Below are positions 18,802 through 26,637 of a stretch of DNA of 45,641 nucleotides, piece by piece (within the stretch, counting starts at the first letter, position 1; each line of letters opens with the position of its first letter). The position numbers and the translations under genes are program-made. The stretch is taken from the NCBI GenBank assembly GCA_903927935.1, contig CAIYOV010000128.1, forward strand, positions 1 to 45,641. The letters run 5' to 3'. The DNA comes from an uncultured Bacteroidota bacterium (lineage in GTDB: Bacteria > Bacteroidota > Bacteroidia > Chitinophagales > LD1). Below the pieces are notes generated by a model. That model was not told where the DNA came from, searched no databases, and saw only the letters and a program-made list of their open reading frames with translations.

Positions 18802-20198
18802 ATTTTGTATTCGCTGTGTAATTCAGGAATGTCAATTTCTGTAAAACCTTTCTTCAACAATTTACTTCTGAAAGTTTGCTGCACATCGTATTCTCCGTGA
18901 ACGAGAAATAATTTCTTCACTGCTTTTGGGTTTTGGCAAGCAATGAACTGACATAAATCTTCATAATCTCCATGCGCACTCATGCTGCGCATAACCTGAA
19001 TCTCTGCTTTTACTTCATACGGTTCACCGAAGAGAGTTACATCTTTATAGTTGCGCATCAGCTTTCCTCCAAGCGAACGCGGCTCGCAATAACCCACGAT
19101 AAGAATGGTGTTGCGGCTATCGCTGATTACATTTTTGATGTGATGTTTTACGCGCCCCGCATCTGCCATGCCCGATGCAGAAATAATTACGCATGGTTCT
19201 TTACGCAGGTTTAAAGCTTTAGATTCTTCTACGTTTTGGATGTAATGCAGTCCCTTAAAATCAAACGGCTCGCTGTCACGTTTTAGAAATTCCTGAAATT
19301 TATCGTTGAGTTCCCTCTGATGATTTTTCATCACCTGAGTGGCTTCAACAGAAAGAGGAGAGTCAACAAAAAAATCAATTGGGGGTAATGCTTTTGAAAT
19401 TTCAAGGCGATTTAAAGCGTAAACAATTTCCTGTGTTCTGCCTACACTGAATGCCGGTATCACCAATTTGCCGCGCTTCTTTAAACAGGTATTTATAATG
19501 GTGTCTAAAAGTTTTCGGTCTTTCACTTCAATATCTTCATGCAACGAATCGCCATAAGTTGATTCAAGAAGTATATAATCTGCCTGCGGAAAAACATCGG
19601 GTGAGCGCAACAGTTCATCGTTGTATCTTCCCACATCGCCACTGAAAGTAATTTTGGTTTCCTGCTTGCCATCGTTGATTTTCAAATGTATCGCTGCACT
19701 TCCGATGATATGTCCAACATCGGTAAAGCAAAACGAAACGCCTTCTTTCAAGACTTTCTCTTCGTTGTATTTCACCAACTCAAAATGCTTAAGCGCATTA
19801 TTTACATCGTCTTCCGTGTAGAGCCCTTCCACTGGTGGTTCACCGCGCTTTGCTCGTTTTTTGTTGTGATAAAAAATATCCTGCTTTTGAATGTGGGCAG
19901 AGTCTAGCAAAAGAATTTTTGTAAGGTCGAGTGTAGCCGGTGTGCAGAACACTTTGCCTTTGTAACCATCTTTAATAAGTTTTGGAATAAGTCCGCAATG
20001 GTCAATATGCGCATGCGAGAGAATTAGAAAATCAACTTCACCGGGAACAAATCCCCAGTCGCGGTTGAGTGCATCTGCCTCTTTCGGGTTGCCCTGAAAC
20101 ATTCCGCAATCGAGTAGAATTTTTGTGCCATCATTTAATTCGAGAAGGTGTTTGCTGCCGGTAACCATTCGTGCAGCACCATGGAAAGAAAGTTTCAT
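18798..20198 (-). CDS. MBL-fold beta-CASP (RNA-metabolising type) hydrolase
   Basis: 466 aa. HAHIDHCG motif and a beta-CASP-like middle region. Its stop overlaps the convergent neighbour's stop (TTAA). Confidence 0.85.
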   Translation of the reverse strand: MKLSFHGAARMVTGSKHLLELNDGTKILLDCGMFQGNPKEADALNRDWGFVPGEVDFLILSHAHIDHCGLIPKLIKDGYKGKVFCTPATLDLTKILLLDSAHIQKQDIFYHNKKRAKRGEPPVEGLYTEDDVNNALKHFELVKYNEEKVLKEGVSFCFTDVGHIIGSAAIHLKINDGKQETKITFSGDVGRYNDELLRSPDVFPQADYILLESTYGDSLHEDIEVKDRKLLDTIINTCLKKRGKLVIPAFSVGRTQEIVYALNRLEISKALPPIDFFVDSPLSVEATQVMKNHQRELNDKFQEFLKRDSEPFDFKGLHYIQNVEESKALNLRKEPCVIISASGMADAGRVKHHIKNVISDSRNTILIVGYCEPRSLGGKLMRNYKDVTLFGEPYEVKAEIQVMRSMSAHGDYEDLCQFIACQNPKAVKKLFLVHGEYDVQQTFRSKLLKKGFTEIDIPELHSEYKI

Positions 20199-20255
20199 CT
20201 ATCTGTTTTATGATTGCAATATACGAGCAGATAAATTTTAATTGGGTGTTTTAGG

Positions 20256-20286
20256 AAAAAATAAAGCCCCCGACTTTGCGGGGGCT
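20256..20286 (-). terminator. Rho-independent terminator downstream of the OsmC remnant
   Basis: Stem GCCCCCG (20266-20272) pairs with CGGGGGC (20279-20285). The T-tract on the minus strand is the A-run 20256-20265 on +. Confidence 0.7.
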
Positions 20287-20318
20287 ACACACACCAACAT
20301 ACACACACTATTTATTTC

Positions 20319-20771
20319 TTAAGCAATCACTGCTAATACTTCAACAATTGCTTTCATTTCAATTGTTGCTTTCACTGAGTTTGAAATCAAACAAGCTGCT
20401 TCCGATTTTTGAAGAATGCGCTCTGTACGCTCTTTATCTTTTTCCTCTCGGATAATCACTGCCGGATAAAGTTCTACACGTGTCATTAAAAATTTCCCTT
20501 CGACCTGTTCTAAAATTCCTTTGCTCTCCACCTTAAACGAAACAAAATCAAGTTTCGAGTTTTCGGCAATTGAAAGAAAGGTTGTCATTAAGCAACTGCT
20601 TACGGCTGCTGTAAACTAATGTTCCGGTGACCATATTCCTTCCATCCCTTTCGGAAATTGGGGAGGTGTTGCCACCTCAATACTGTTGTTTAATTCAGCG
20701 GAACTCATCGTTCCTTTTCTGTCACTGTTCCATTCAACGGTTACATTATATTCATGTGGTTCTATATCGAT
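20319..20771 (-). pseudogene. OsmC/Ohr-family protein gene, disrupted (in-frame TAG and no canonical start)
   Basis: Continuous frame reads IDIEPHEYNVTVEWNSDRKGTMSSAELNNSIEVATPPQFPKGMEGIWSPEH*FTAAVSSCLMTTFLSIAENSKL... The TAG is at 20616-20618 (minus). The frame opens after a TAA at 20772-20774, with ATA where homologues would have ATG. The tracked 89-aa ORF is only the C-terminal part. Confidence 0.6.
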
Positions 20772-20807
20772 TTATTTTTTGTATGATTTTTCTTTCTCTC
20801 GCCAAAA

Positions 20808-21269
20808 CTACGGTGCTACCGGATAACCCTTATCTACCCAGTCTACTTTAAAGTTTTCTTTCAGGTTTAAAAGTTTGTGATTGGTAAATCCCATATCGTT
20901 CATCACTTTAAAAGCAGGGCGCACATTCGGACAATGCTCAAACGGGCAGCACCCGCAGTAAATAACTACCGGTTTGTCTTTTGGTAATTTGCTGAGTGCT
21001 GCTTTAAATATTTCGATGTTCACTTCATCTTTCGCTGCGCCCATTTCAATACCACCTGGAATACCTCCGCCAAATCCGATACTATAAATAACCGGCTTTT
21101 CTGCGCTTTCATCATTTAGAATTTTATTCAAGTCAGAAGGTTCCATTAATTGTTTCGCGGTCCACGGTTCGCCTGATACGGAAGAACCCGAACCGGTATT
21201 GTTGCAGGAGAATAGCGTAACAGCAATTATCATTATGATCGTAGAAAAAAATGGCTTCGAGTTTTTCAC
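20808..21269 (-). CDS. Rhodanese-like domain lipoprotein
   Basis: 153 aa. Lipobox LFSCNN. The active-site region VIYCGCCPFEHCPN is Cys-rich. Confidence 0.7.
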   Translation of the reverse strand: MKNSKPFFSTIIMIIAVTLFSCNNTGSGSSVSGEPWTAKQLMEPSDLNKILNDESAEKPVIYSIGFGGGIPGGIEMGAAKDEVNIEIFKAALSKLPKDKPVVIYCGCCPFEHCPNVRPAFKVMNDMGFTNHKLLNLKENFKVDWVDKGYPVAP

Positions 21270-21279
21270 TTGCTATGGT

Positions 21280-21603
21280 TTAAGAGTGTTGTTCAATAAT
21301 CTTTTTCAAAAAATCTGCCGGTACAACCCCGCTTTGACGCCACTTTATCTGCCCGTTTTTAAACAGAATGAGTGTAGGTACTCCCTGAATCTGATAAGCA
21401 GAAGATACCTGCGGGTTTTTATCTACATCAATTTTTATGATACGCGCAGTATCACCTATTTTACCTGCTAGCTCCTTTAAGATAGGCGCCATCATTTTAC
21501 ACGGTCCGCACCATTCAGCCGAAAAATCTACGAGCACCGGAATGTCTGATTTTATCAACTCCGAAAAGGAGTTTGCTTTTTCTGTTGTTTCCATATTAAT
21601 CAT
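21280..21603 (-). CDS. trxA: Thioredoxin
   Basis: 107 aa with WCGPCK. An alternative start at METTEK would remove the 8-nt overlap with the upstream gene. Confidence 0.9.
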   Translation of the reverse strand: MINMETTEKANSFSELIKSDIPVLVDFSAEWCGPCKMMAPILKELAGKIGDTARIIKIDVDKNPQVSSAYQIQGVPTLILFKNGQIKWRQSGVVPADFLKKIIEQHS

Positions 21604-21850
21604 TTTTTATTTCTTCAAATTTTACCTCTTCAATTTTGTCCGAATTCTTTTTTGCTATTGGCGCAGCGCAACTTTGTGTTCCGCAGCAACCGGTGTTGGT
21701 TACTGCCTGAATGAAAAAGAAAGCGCCAAAAAATCCGAGCATTGAATCGTGTAACATTACCGCCTGCATAATTACATACACTCCAATAGCTAAACGCAGC
21801 AAGCGCATAAAGTGCCAGTTTATAAATAAGTTCTGCTTAAGAGTTTCCAT
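21596..21850 (-). CDS. Small two-TM membrane protein with Cys-rich tail (CCGTQSC)
   Basis: 84 aa. First gene after the type-b box at 21901-21914. Confidence 0.5.
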   Translation of the reverse strand: METLKQNLFINWHFMRLLRLAIGVYVIMQAVMLHDSMLGFFGAFFFIQAVTNTGCCGTQSCAAPIAKKNSDKIEEVKFEEIKND

Positions 21851-21900
21851 CTGTTGTTATTTTGCTATTGCGAAGTTCGCTTATTTCCTGTTACCGGTTC

Positions 21901-21914
21901 GGAACATTTGTTAC
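21901..21914 (-). promoter_or_regulatory. Type-b box GTAAC-AAAT-GTTCC, promoter of the membrane protein/trxA/rhodanese-lipoprotein unit
   Basis: Exactly 22 nt upstream of the -7-like GAACTTCG (21871-21878), which is 20 nt before the ATG at 21850. Confidence 0.5.
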
Positions 21915-21922
21915 AGAGATGA

Positions 21923-22237
21923 TTAATTTATTCTGTTATTCAGACTTGACCAACCACCGCCATTGTGTACTTCCGGAAAACCGTTTGCTTTTAAAATACT
22001 TTTTGCCTGCGCACTGCGAGCACCTGATGCACAACAGGTAATGATGGGTTTGCTTTTATTCAGTTTAGAATAATGATTAGAAAGATTGTTAAGTGGGATA
22101 TTTACTGATCCTTTGATGTGCCCCTGTTGATATTCTGCTTTTGTGCGAACGTCAATGATAGTGGCTCCGTTATTCAATAATTCTTTGTAATCTACTTTTG
22201 GACCAATGCCGAAAAGCTGTTTGATTGTTTCTATCAT
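21923..22237 (-). CDS. Single-domain rhodanese sulfurtransferase
   Basis: 104 aa. Active-site loop ITCCASGARS. Confidence 0.85.
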   Translation of the reverse strand: MIETIKQLFGIGPKVDYKELLNNGATIIDVRTKAEYQQGHIKGSVNIPLNNLSNHYSKLNKSKPIITCCASGARSAQAKSILKANGFPEVHNGGGWSSLNNRIN

Positions 22238-22249
22238 GTTGTTTTGTTT

Positions 22250-23101
22250 TTAGAATTTAGTTTCGTTAAGGTGATATTTCGAATCGCTTGCAATTGCCTC
22301 CCGAAGTTTTTTCAATGCTACCGGTTGACTGCTCACCACCATTACTTCGGTAAAGTCGCTGTTGATGGAGACCATTTCTATATTTTCAATTTTCATCAAA
22401 TTGCCGGTGATGGTTTTCTTACAACCACTGCATGTTATGCCTGAGACGGCATATAGTTTCACCAAATCTGTGCTGATGTTTTTCTTTTCCATTTCAATAA
22501 ACAATTCATTTCCTTGCCTGGGTTTTATTGAATTATGACAAGTGTCAAATTGTTTGAGGGTAAAGAGAAGTTCGAAGAGTTTTACATATTCTTCTTTGGT
22601 TCCTCCAAATGGTGGGCCTTCCTTTTCGAAGATGATGTTAAACAGCAAACCGGCAATTCTTCCTCCGGTGTTCAGCAGATTAAAACTTTTCACCGCATAT
22701 CTTTCTCGAAGAGAAGGATTAAGTGCACAAAAAAATGTTTGCTCCAGAATCAAATCATACTTCTCGTTGTGGTCGAAAAAATCTGCATGAAGAATTTGTA
22801 TCGGCCTGCCGGTAAATTTTTCTTTCAGTCGATTGACAAGTGTGGAAGAAATATCAATAAGCGTAACACCGGTAAAACCATTGTCCAATAAATACTCGGC
22901 CTCATAAGCGTTGCCGCAACCAGGTATAAGTATGCGCACGTTTTTATCAGTAAGCGTATCAATGAACAACTTGAGTGGAGGAGAAACCTGATGGAGGTCC
23001 CAACCCGTTTCGTTGTTTTGATACTGATTATCCCAGTAGTTTGCGTTCAACGGCAATCCACAGGTGACAACACAACATTCTAATTCTTCTTTCTTTTCCA
23101 T
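22250..23101 (-). CDS. TPMT-family SAM-dependent methyltransferase fused to a C-terminal heavy-metal-associated (HMA) domain
   Basis: Start moved to MEKKEELECC (23101), 8 nt after the upstream rhodanese stop. TPMT-like YWDNQYQNNETGWD, SAM motif RILIPGCGNAYEA, hallmark EKEGPPFGG. The C-terminal ferredoxin-like HMA carries GITCSGC. Confidence 0.75.
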   Translation of the reverse strand: MEKKEELECCVVTCGLPLNANYWDNQYQNNETGWDLHQVSPPLKLFIDTLTDKNVRILIPGCGNAYEAEYLLDNGFTGVTLIDISSTLVNRLKEKFTGRPIQILHADFFDHNEKYDLILEQTFFCALNPSLRERYAVKSFNLLNTGGRIAGLLFNIIFEKEGPPFGGTKEEYVKLFELLFTLKQFDTCHNSIKPRQGNELFIEMEKKNISTDLVKLYAVSGITCSGCKKTITGNLMKIENIEMVSINSDFTEVMVVSSQPVALKKLREAIASDSKYHLNETKF

Positions 23102-23109
23102 TTCGTTTT

Positions 23110-23361
23110 TTAGCAAGTACAATTTACATCTAACCAACTGCCACCATTCGAGCAATCAATTCCAAGGCTCTTTAAAAAGGAAGTGGCTTGTCCGCTGCGG
23201 TTACCGCTGGCGCAACACAAAATAATTGGTTGTGGCAAGGCTTTGATTTCATCAATACGTTGCTGGATTTCCTGCAATGGAATGTTGATGCTTCCGGCCA
23301 CATGTCCACCCATAAATTCTCCTGGTGTTCTTACATCTACGATAGTTTGTTTGTTACTCAT
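23110..23361 (-). CDS. Single-domain rhodanese sulfurtransferase
   Basis: 83 aa. Active-site loop ILCCASGNRS. Confidence 0.8.
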   Translation of the reverse strand: MSNKQTIVDVRTPGEFMGGHVAGSINIPLQEIQQRIDEIKALPQPIILCCASGNRSGQATSFLKSLGIDCSNGGSWLDVNCTC

Positions 23362-23581
23362 GATTGTTGTTTTGATTGTTGTTATTAATTGTTTGGTCTT
23401 TTTGAAATGTGTTAAGGAGAAGTGCGCCCATCATGGCTCCATACAAAGTGCTGTTAAGTGGTTTGGAAGTAATGGCGCATGTTTCGCTTGCGCATCCTAC
23501 AAAATAATAATAGAGATAGCCGCCAATTGCCCCAACTAATATACCTATGATAGTCAGCTTATGTTTTTTAATGAATTCCAT
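23354..23581 (-). CDS. Small two-TM membrane protein with CxxxxC motif (GCASETCAITS)
   Basis: Start moved to MEFIKKHKL (23581), because the tracked start overlaps the upstream gene. Possibly a DUF6132-type protein (from memory). Confidence 0.5.
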   Translation of the reverse strand: MEFIKKHKLTIIGILVGAIGGYLYYYFVGCASETCAITSKPLNSTLYGAMMGALLLNTFQKDQTINNNNQNNNHE

Positions 23582-23591
23582 TTTTTGGGTT

Positions 23592-25007
23592 TTATAATAA
23601 GGTAGTTGGGCACACATAATTGGTTTTAGGCACATTGGTTTTTGCAATCTCTGTAAACCCGCCAACTACATCTGTAAAATTATCGAAGCCCCTTTGCTTA
23701 AGTAGCGATGCTGCAATCATGCTTCTATAGCCGCCTGCACAATTAAGAATAAAAGCTTTGTTCTTCGGAAACTCAGCCAGATGATTGTTGATTTGATTGA
23801 GCGGAATGTTCAGCGCATCAACTACATGTTGCGAATCAAACTCGCTTTTCTTTCTCACATCAATTACCACAGGTTTTTCCAATGAATACTTCCGGACAAA
23901 TTCTTTTGCTGTAATTCTGTTCACGGTTTCAATTTCTTTTCCCGAATTTTTCCAAACATCAAAACCACCTTTTAAATAACCCATTGCGTTATCATATCCT
24001 ACGCGCGATAACCTGATGATGGCTTCTTCTTCTTTGCCTTCATATGTTACCAGCAATATTTCCTGTTTAATGTCAGCAATCATTTCACCCACCCACATAG
24101 CAAAGCTACCATCGAGTGCAATGTTGATGCTGTTGGGAATATATCCTTTTGCAAAGTCATCGGCATTTCTGGTGTCTAATACTAAGGCCTGGGTTTCGGT
24201 TGCTACAACTTCAAACTCTTCAACTGATAAAGGTTTCTTTCCTCTCTCCATAATTTTATCCAGACTTTCATATCCTTTAATGTTCATAAGAACATTTTTT
24301 GGAAAATAACCAGGTGGCGTTGTCAAACCGGTGAGCAGAGATTTAATGAATTCTTCTTTGCTCATATCAGCACGCAACGCGTAATTGAATTTCTTCTGGT
24401 TGCCGAGCGTGTCAGTAGTTTCCTTACTCATCATTTTTCCACAGGCACTTCCCGCCCCGTGATTCGGGTACACAATTAGATTATCGCTTAATGGCATAAT
24501 CTTGTTGCGGAGTGAATCGAAAAGATGTGCCGCCAATTTTTCTTCAGTAAGGTCTGCTATTACATGCTGTGCTAAATCGGGCCTTCCCACATCTCCAATA
24601 AATAAAGTATCCCCCGTAATAATTCCGTGTTCTTTTCCGGTTTCGTCTATTAAAAGATAGGTAGTGCTTTCCATCGTATGTCCCGGAGTGTGAATTACTT
24701 TCACCGAGTAGTCCCCGATTTTAAAAAGCTGATTGTCTTCGGCAACTATAGCTTCAAAACCGGGTTTAGCTGTTGGACCATAAACTATTTGTGCACCGGT
24801 CTTCTTTGCTAAATCTAAGTGACCACTTACAAAGTCGGCATGAAAGTGGGTTTCAAACACATACTTGATTTTCGCGTTATCTTTTGTTGCGCGGTCAACA
24901 TACGGCTGCACTTCTCTTAGCGGGTCAAAAATGGCGGCTTCGCCATTGCTTTCTAAGTAGTAAGCTGCATGAGCAATACAACCGGTATAAATCTGTTCAA
25001 CTTTCAT
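23592..25007 (-). CDS. MBL-fold persulfide-dioxygenase-like domain fused to two rhodanese domains (CstB/Blh-like architecture)
   Basis: 471 aa. ETHFHADFVSGH, HTPGHTMES and GDTLFIGDVGRPD. These are followed by two rhodanese repeats, the last with the catalytic loop LNCAGGYRS. Confidence 0.85.
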   Translation of the reverse strand: MKVEQIYTGCIAHAAYYLESNGEAAIFDPLREVQPYVDRATKDNAKIKYVFETHFHADFVSGHLDLAKKTGAQIVYGPTAKPGFEAIVAEDNQLFKIGDYSVKVIHTPGHTMESTTYLLIDETGKEHGIITGDTLFIGDVGRPDLAQHVIADLTEEKLAAHLFDSLRNKIMPLSDNLIVYPNHGAGSACGKMMSKETTDTLGNQKKFNYALRADMSKEEFIKSLLTGLTTPPGYFPKNVLMNIKGYESLDKIMERGKKPLSVEEFEVVATETQALVLDTRNADDFAKGYIPNSINIALDGSFAMWVGEMIADIKQEILLVTYEGKEEEAIIRLSRVGYDNAMGYLKGGFDVWKNSGKEIETVNRITAKEFVRKYSLEKPVVIDVRKKSEFDSQHVVDALNIPLNQINNHLAEFPKNKAFILNCAGGYRSMIAASLLKQRGFDNFTDVVGGFTEIAKTNVPKTNYVCPTTLL

Positions 25008-25062
25008 TATTCTTGTAATTTGTTTTACGATGCAAAAATGCAGTACCGAAAAATTGTAGTTG

Positions 25063-25076
25063 GGAACATTTGTTGC
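25063..25076 (-). promoter_or_regulatory. Type-b box GCAAC-AAAT-GTTCC, promoter of the MBL-rhodanese ... rhodanese unit
   Basis: Exactly 22 nt upstream of the -7-like CATTTTTG (25033-25040), which is 25 nt before the ATG at 25007. Confidence 0.55.
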
Positions 25077-25088
25077 ATAAGGCTTAAT

Positions 25089-25460
25089 TCACTTTGTATT
25101 GAACCAGATTTTTGCAGCTATTAACACCAACACAACAGCGAATCCTTTTTTCAAACTCTCCTGTGGAATATGCGTGGCAAACTTTGCTCCAAAGTATCCA
25201 CCAATGAAAAACATTGCCGCCAGAATAAGCGCAGTTTTAATTTCTACAAAGCCCTGCTGATAATATTGCCAAGCGGCTAAAGCCCCTACAGGCAATACCA
25301 TCATCACCAACGCAGTACCCTGAGCCATTTGCTGAGAGAAGCCGAGCAGCATAACCAATGCTGGAATGATGACAATGGCGCCACCTAATCCCAGCAATCC
25401 GCTCAATACTCCACCAACCAGACCAATAAGTCCTTTAAAAATTATTTGTGATGGATTCAT
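25089..25460 (-). CDS. TauE/SafE-family (sulfite exporter-like) membrane protein, half-size
   Basis: 123 aa with about 4 TM segments. GLLGLGGAIVIIP motif. Confidence 0.7.
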   Translation of the reverse strand: MNPSQIIFKGLIGLVGGVLSGLLGLGGAIVIIPALVMLLGFSQQMAQGTALVMMVLPVGALAAWQYYQQGFVEIKTALILAAMFFIGGYFGAKFATHIPQESLKKGFAVVLVLIAAKIWFNTK

Positions 25461-25461
25461 T

Positions 25462-25656
25462 TTATTTTTTCTCCTGTTTGGTAGAAAATCTGAAAGACAA
25501 ATACAGCGGACAGAAACTTAGAGCAGATGTAAGCAGAAGAATTCCTGCAAAAACTAAAAGGATAATGGCAACAGTTCCACTAATGATATTCGTAAAATAA
25601 AGGATTACAACAATTGATGCTGCGATAATTCGTGCAACGCGATCAAGGGTTCCCAT
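25462..25656 (-). CDS. DUF2892 (YgaP-like transmembrane domain) protein
   Basis: Start moved to MGTLDRVARI (25656), because the tracked longer ORF would contain its own promoter and box. The C-terminal motif SFCPLY is shared with the 26346-26552 paralogue. Confidence 0.7.
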   Translation of the reverse strand: MGTLDRVARIIAASIVVILYFTNIISGTVAIILLVFAGILLLTSALSFCPLYLSFRFSTKQEKK

Positions 25657-25718
25657 ATTTGGTTTCAAATTGTTTGCTTTTTGTAGTGCAAAGATCCGGC
25701 ACCATAAAAACATGATTA

Positions 25719-25732
25719 GGAACATTTGTTAC
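25719..25732 (-). promoter_or_regulatory. Type-b box GTAAC-AAAT-GTTCC, promoter of the DUF2892/TauE unit
   Basis: Exactly 22 nt upstream of the -7-like GATCTTTG (25689-25696), which is 32 nt before the ATG at 25656. Confidence 0.55.
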
Positions 25733-25739
25733 AGAATGG

Positions 25740-26336
25740 CTAATTAATTCTGTTCATGTATACCGAAACTAAAGGCAAATGAAATTCCATGCTTTCAATT
25801 TTGCCGTTATTAAGATGATAAACATTCCGGTGTCCGTCTGAACTATTAAATTCTAATGTTTTTGAATCAATATGCTTTATTTCATAAAAACTTGCATCCG
25901 GTAAATAAAAAATGCGCTTCACGTTTTTATAATCACAGAAATAAATATTTGCATCAGAACAAATTGGTGCCTCTGAAAAATAACGTGTTGTCTGATTGTT
26001 TGATTCAACCTGATATTGTCTGCCATCATATTTAACCTTAGCCCAACGCTTGGTCTTTCCATTTTCAATCTCAGCATGCGAAGAGGAAATCAATCTGCTA
26101 TTTTTATAAACCGCTTCAAATTTTGAAAGCCCTTCTCTTACAATCCACAAAAATTTTGCTTTCGATTTTGATTCTAACCGGTAAACATCACTGCTGTCTT
26201 TATCAAGCGTATGAACTACATCCATGCGCCCGATGCTATCGCCCCACAGCATAATTTTGAATGATACTGTTTGAGCAGAAAGCACACCAAACGAAACACT
26301 AAATAAAAAGGCCAACCAAAATTCTCTTGCCCGCAA
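25740..26336 (-). CDS. Hypothetical secreted protein
   Basis: 198 aa. Signal peptide ...FGVLSAQT. The mature part looks beta-rich. No recognisable catalytic motif. Confidence 0.5.
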   Translation of the reverse strand: MRAREFWLAFLFSVSFGVLSAQTVSFKIMLWGDSIGRMDVVHTLDKDSSDVYRLESKSKAKFLWIVREGLSKFEAVYKNSRLISSSHAEIENGKTKRWAKVKYDGRQYQVESNNQTTRYFSEAPICSDANIYFCDYKNVKRIFYLPDASFYEIKHIDSKTLEFNSSDGHRNVYHLNNGKIESMEFHLPLVSVYMNRIN

Positions 26337-26345
26337 TTGTGTTAT

Positions 26346-26552
26346 TTATTTTTTCTTGCCCAAAGTGGAAATACCAAAAGGCAAATATAACGGGCAGAAA
26401 CTGATGAGTGATGTGAGAATGAAAATTCCCGCAAACACCAATAACACAATGGCTAAAGTTCCGCTAATTAAGTTCATAAAATAAAGTAGAATGACTACTG
26501 CAGCGGCAAGTAATCTTATTACTCTATCAATGGTTCCTATGTTTGATTTCAT
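26346..26552 (-). CDS. DUF2892 (YgaP-like transmembrane domain) protein
   Basis: 68 aa. IGTIDRVIRLLAA ... SFCPLYLPFG. A clear paralogue of 25462-25656. Confidence 0.7.
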   Translation of the reverse strand: MKSNIGTIDRVIRLLAAAVVILLYFMNLISGTLAIVLLVFAGIFILTSLISFCPLYLPFGISTLGKKK

Positions 26553-26601
26553 ATTATTTGATTTTATAGTGCAAAGATGTTGTATTGTAAAATCGCAGTT
26601 G

Positions 26602-26615
26602 GGAACATTTGTTAC
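26602..26615 (-). promoter_or_regulatory. Type-b box GTAAC-AAAT-GTTCC, promoter of the DUF2892/secreted-protein unit
   Basis: Exactly 22 nt upstream of the -7-like CATCTTTG (26572-26579), which is 19 nt before the ATG at 26552. Confidence 0.55.
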
Positions 26616-26623
26616 TTACCAGA

Positions 26624-26637
26624 ATGATTTTAATCAA
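26624..26637 (-). promoter_or_regulatory. Type-a FNR-like box TTGAT-TAAA-ATCAT, 8 nt upstream of the type-b box
   Basis: 44 nt from the same -7 element (26572-26579), matching the spacing at the nos promoter. It overlaps the stop codon of the Crp/Fnr gene. Confidence 0.45.

Noticed and set aside
20616-20618. Programmed read-through or recoding of the in-frame TAG in the OsmC-like gene
   Set aside because: TAG terminates nosZ and the cytochrome c gene in this same window. The OsmC frame also lacks a start codon, so decay or a sequencing error is simpler.
20627-20851. 74-aa plus-strand ORF between the OsmC remnant and the rhodanese lipoprotein
   Set aside because: It is antisense to the N-terminal half of the OsmC-like frame and to the 3' end of the rhodanese gene, and it has no motifs.
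21901-21914. Reading GGAACATTTGTTAC as an ECF-sigma -35 (GGAAC) promoter element
   Set aside because: GGAAC appears on the plus strand, but all four downstream genes are on the minus strand. In the gene orientation the motif is a 5-4-5 palindrome at fixed distance from a -7-like TTTG element, which fits a Crp/Fnr site better.
22250-23155. Longer tracked starts for several minus-strand genes (23155 for the methyltransferase, 23665 for the small membrane protein, 25725 for DUF2892, 14887 for YhhN) and plus-strand 32501 for the esterase
   Set aside because: The extensions overlap upstream genes or contain the gene's own predicted promoter or box. They also add non-signal-like residues. Internal Met codons give tight, non-overlapping spacing and proper N-termini.
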